Below, one piece after another: positions 61,812 through 64,000 of a DNA stretch of 64,000 nucleotides. The stretch covers positions 576,001 through 640,000 of the forward strand of contig JASGJN010000013.1 in NCBI GenBank assembly GCA_049840735.1, given 5' to 3'. The number at the start of each line of letters is the position of its first letter. Within the stretch, counting starts at the first letter, position 1. This stretch comes from Anaeromyxobacter sp. Lineage in GTDB: Bacteria > Myxococcota > Myxococcia > Myxococcales > Anaeromyxobacteraceae. The position numbers were made by a program, and so were the translations under genes. The notes beneath the pieces are model-generated. The model worked only from the letters and a program-made list of their open reading frames with translations, was not told where the DNA came from and did not search any database.

Positions 61812-62651
61812 TCACCGCTCCCCCCACCGGAGCTTCGCCCGGAGGATGCCGAAGAAGTCGATGCGCGGGTTGCGCACCAGCAGCACCCGGTTCTGCGACT
61901 GCTTCACCTGCAGCCGGTCCCCGCGCTCGAGCTTCAGCCCCTTCTGCCCGTCCAGCGTCAGGTACATCTCGCTGTCGTTGCGGATCCAGAGCTCGATGTT
62001 CTGGTCGTCCGGGACCACCAGCGGCCGCTGCGTGAGCGTGTGCGGGCAGATCGGCGCCAGGATCACGCCGCGCATGGTCGGGTACATGATGGGCCCGTTC
62101 GCGGCCAGGGCGTAGGCGGTCGAGCCGGTGGGCGTGGCCACGATGATGCCGTCGCCGCGCAGCGTGGAGACGAAGGTGCCGGAGCAGCGGATCTCGAGCT
62201 CCACCATGCGCGAGAGCGCGCCCTTGGCGATCACCGCGTCGTTCAGCACCTCGGTGTCCACCACGCGCTCGTGCGAGCCGGCGCGGTGCAGGTGCACCCG
62301 CAGCTTCATGCGATCAGAGACCCGCGCCTGCCCGCCCAGCACCGCCTCCAGCGCCGGGTAGAGCTCGCTCTGGGGCACCTCGGTCATGAAGCCGAGCTTG
62401 CCCATGTTGACGCCGAGGATGGGAGCGAGCCGGCCGCCCAGCACGCCGGCGGCGTGGATGAGCGTGCCGTCGCCGCCCAGCACGACCACCAGGTCGGCCT
62501 CGGCCGCGATGCGCGCCTCGTCGGTGAGCGGCTCCACGTCCCGCTCGCGCAGGTAGGTCTCGACCTGCTGCGCGGCGGCCGCGGCCTCCGGGCTCGACAC
62601 CTTGTGGACGATGCCGATCCGCTTCGGGACGGGGCAGAGCTGGCCATTCAT
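61812..62651 (-). CDS. nadK: NAD(+) kinase
   Basis: GGDGT, LND, DG..VATPTGSTAY, PICPH; upstream of recN. Confidence 0.95.
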   Translation of the reverse strand: MNGQLCPVPKRIGIVHKVSSPEAAAAAQQVETYLRERDVEPLTDEARIAAEADLVVVLGGDGTLIHAAGVLGGRLAPILGVNMGKLGFMTEVPQSELYPALEAVLGGQARVSDRMKLRVHLHRAGSHERVVDTEVLNDAVIAKGALSRMVELEIRCSGTFVSTLRGDGIIVATPTGSTAYALAANGPIMYPTMRGVILAPICPHTLTQRPLVVPDDQNIELWIRNDSEMYLTLDGQKGLKLERGDRLQVKQSQNRVLLVRNPRIDFFGILRAKLRWGER

Positions 62652-62773
62652 CGGACGGGCATCATAGTACGGGGCCGGGCCCCCGTCCGCTCGGCCTGCC
62701 CGGGCGCGGGTGCGCGGCCGGGCCAGGCGATGGCCGGGGCCCCCGTCCGCGGTCCGGTCTATAAGGAACCCCC

Positions 62774-64000
62774 ATGGACCTCTTCGATCGCGCGCTGGCC
62801 GCGGACCCGTCCGGCAAGCCGCTCGCCGAGCGGATGCGCCCCCGCCGTCTGGAGGACTTCACCGGCCAGGAGCACGTGCTGGGGCCGGGCACGGGGCTGC
62901 GCCGCGCCATCGAGGCCGACCAGGTGCCGTCGCTCATCATCTGGGGGCCGCCGGGCACCGGGAAGACCACCCTGGCCCGCATCGTCGCGCAGCGCACCGG
63001 CGCCGAGTTCGTGCCCTTCAGCGCGGTCATGGGCGGCGTGAAGGAGATCCGCGAGATCGTCGCCGCCGCGCGCGACCGGCGCAAGATGCAGCGGCGCCGG
63101 ACCATCCTCTTCGTGGACGAGATCCACCGCTTCACCCGCGCCCAGCAGGACGCCTTCCTGCCCCACGTCGAGGACGGCACGGTGACGCTGATCGGCGCCA
63201 CCACCGAGAACCCGTCCTTCGAGGTGAACGCCGCGCTGGTCTCGCGCTGCCGGGTGGTGACGCTGCGGGCGCTCACCGAGGACGAGCTCGCGGCGCTGCT
63301 GGATCGCGCGGTGGCCGCGCCGGAGGGGCTGGCCGCGCAGGTGAGCCTGTCGCCCGAGGCGCGCGAGACGCTGGCGCGCCACAGCTACGGCGACGCGCGG
63401 CGGGCGCTCAACGCGCTCGACGTCGCGTCCGCCACGGCGCGGCTGGCGGGGCGGACCGAGGTCACGCAGGCCGACGCCGAGGAGGCGATGCAGGCCCGCA
63501 CGCTCAACTACGACAAGGCGGGCGAGGAGCACTACAACGTCGTCTCCGCGTTCATCAAGTCGATGCGCGGCTCGGACCCGGACGCCGCCGTCTACTACCT
63601 GGTGCGCATGCTGGAGGCCGGCGAGGACCCGCGCTTCCTGCTGCGCCGGATGGTGATCTTCGCCTCCGAGGACGTGGGCAACGCCGACCCGCAGGCGCTG
63701 CAGGTGGCGGTCTCGGCGCTGCAGGCGGTGGAGCTGGTGGGGCTGCCGGAGGGCGTGCTCCCCATGACCCAGGCGGTCATCTACCTGGCGCTGGCGCCCA
63801 AGTCCAACACCGCCATCGCCGCCTACGGCGCCGCCCGCCGGCTGGTGCGCGAGCGCGGCCCGCTGCCGGTGCCGATGAAGCTGCGCAACGCGCCCACCAA
63901 GCTGATGGAGGGGATGGGCTACGGCGCCGGCTACAAGTACCCGCACAACTTCGAGGGGCACTACGTGGCCGAGCGCTACCTGCCCGAGGCCATCCAGGGC
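62774..64000 (+). CDS. rarA: Replication-associated recombination protein A, 3' end outside window
   Basis: PLAERMRP, WGPPGTGKTT, FVDEIHRF, ATTENPSF, SAFIKSMRGSDPDAA read directly from the DNA. Confidence 0.95.
   Translation, partial: MDLFDRALAADPSGKPLAERMRPRRLEDFTGQEHVLGPGTGLRRAIEADQVPSLIIWGPPGTGKTTLARIVAQRTGAEFVPFSAVMGGVKEIREIVAAARDRRKMQRRRTILFVDEIHRFTRAQQDAFLPHVEDGTVTLIGATTENPSFEVNAALVSRCRVVTLRALTEDELAALLDRAVAAPEGLAAQVSLSPEARETLARHSYGDARRALNALDVASATARLAGRTEVTQADAEEAMQARTLNYDKAGEEHYNVVSAFIKSMRGSDPDAAVYYLVRMLEAGEDPRFLLRRMVIFASEDVGNADPQALQVAVSALQAVELVGLPEGVLPMTQAVIYLALAPKSNTAIAAYGAARRLVRERGPLPVPMKLRNAPTKLMEGMGYGAGYKYPHNFEGHYVAERYLPEAIQG

Overview
A very GC-rich window that looks like an Anaeromyxobacter-type Myxococcota chromosome (inferred from gene content and codon style). 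It is mostly housekeeping and stress genes: clpS-clpA, hsp20, hrpB, ligD, sucA-sucB, a rubrerythrin/Fe-S oxidoreductase/DUF3501 operon, surE-nlpD-apt, secA, recN, NAD kinase and rarA. About a dozen genes carry single-base frameshifts, including normally essential secA, so these are probably long-read consensus errors. No rRNA, tRNA, CRISPR or intact transposase was recognised. The unexplained structure is: (1) a 4 x ~233 bp ABAB tandem array of a whole convergent intergenic region at 21.3-22.2 kb; (2) a REP-like family with conserved internal loops and covarying stems; (3) a ~250 nt structured candidate ncRNA between clpA and hsp20; (4) a collapsed AHH nuclease toxin/Imm11/Imm49 T6SS-type cassette; (5) an IS5-like mini-element; (6) several internally deleted genes; (7) -10-like hexamers 6-9 nt before many start codons, suggesting widespread leaderless mRNAs. 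Family assignments are from motif recognition by eye; no database searches were run.
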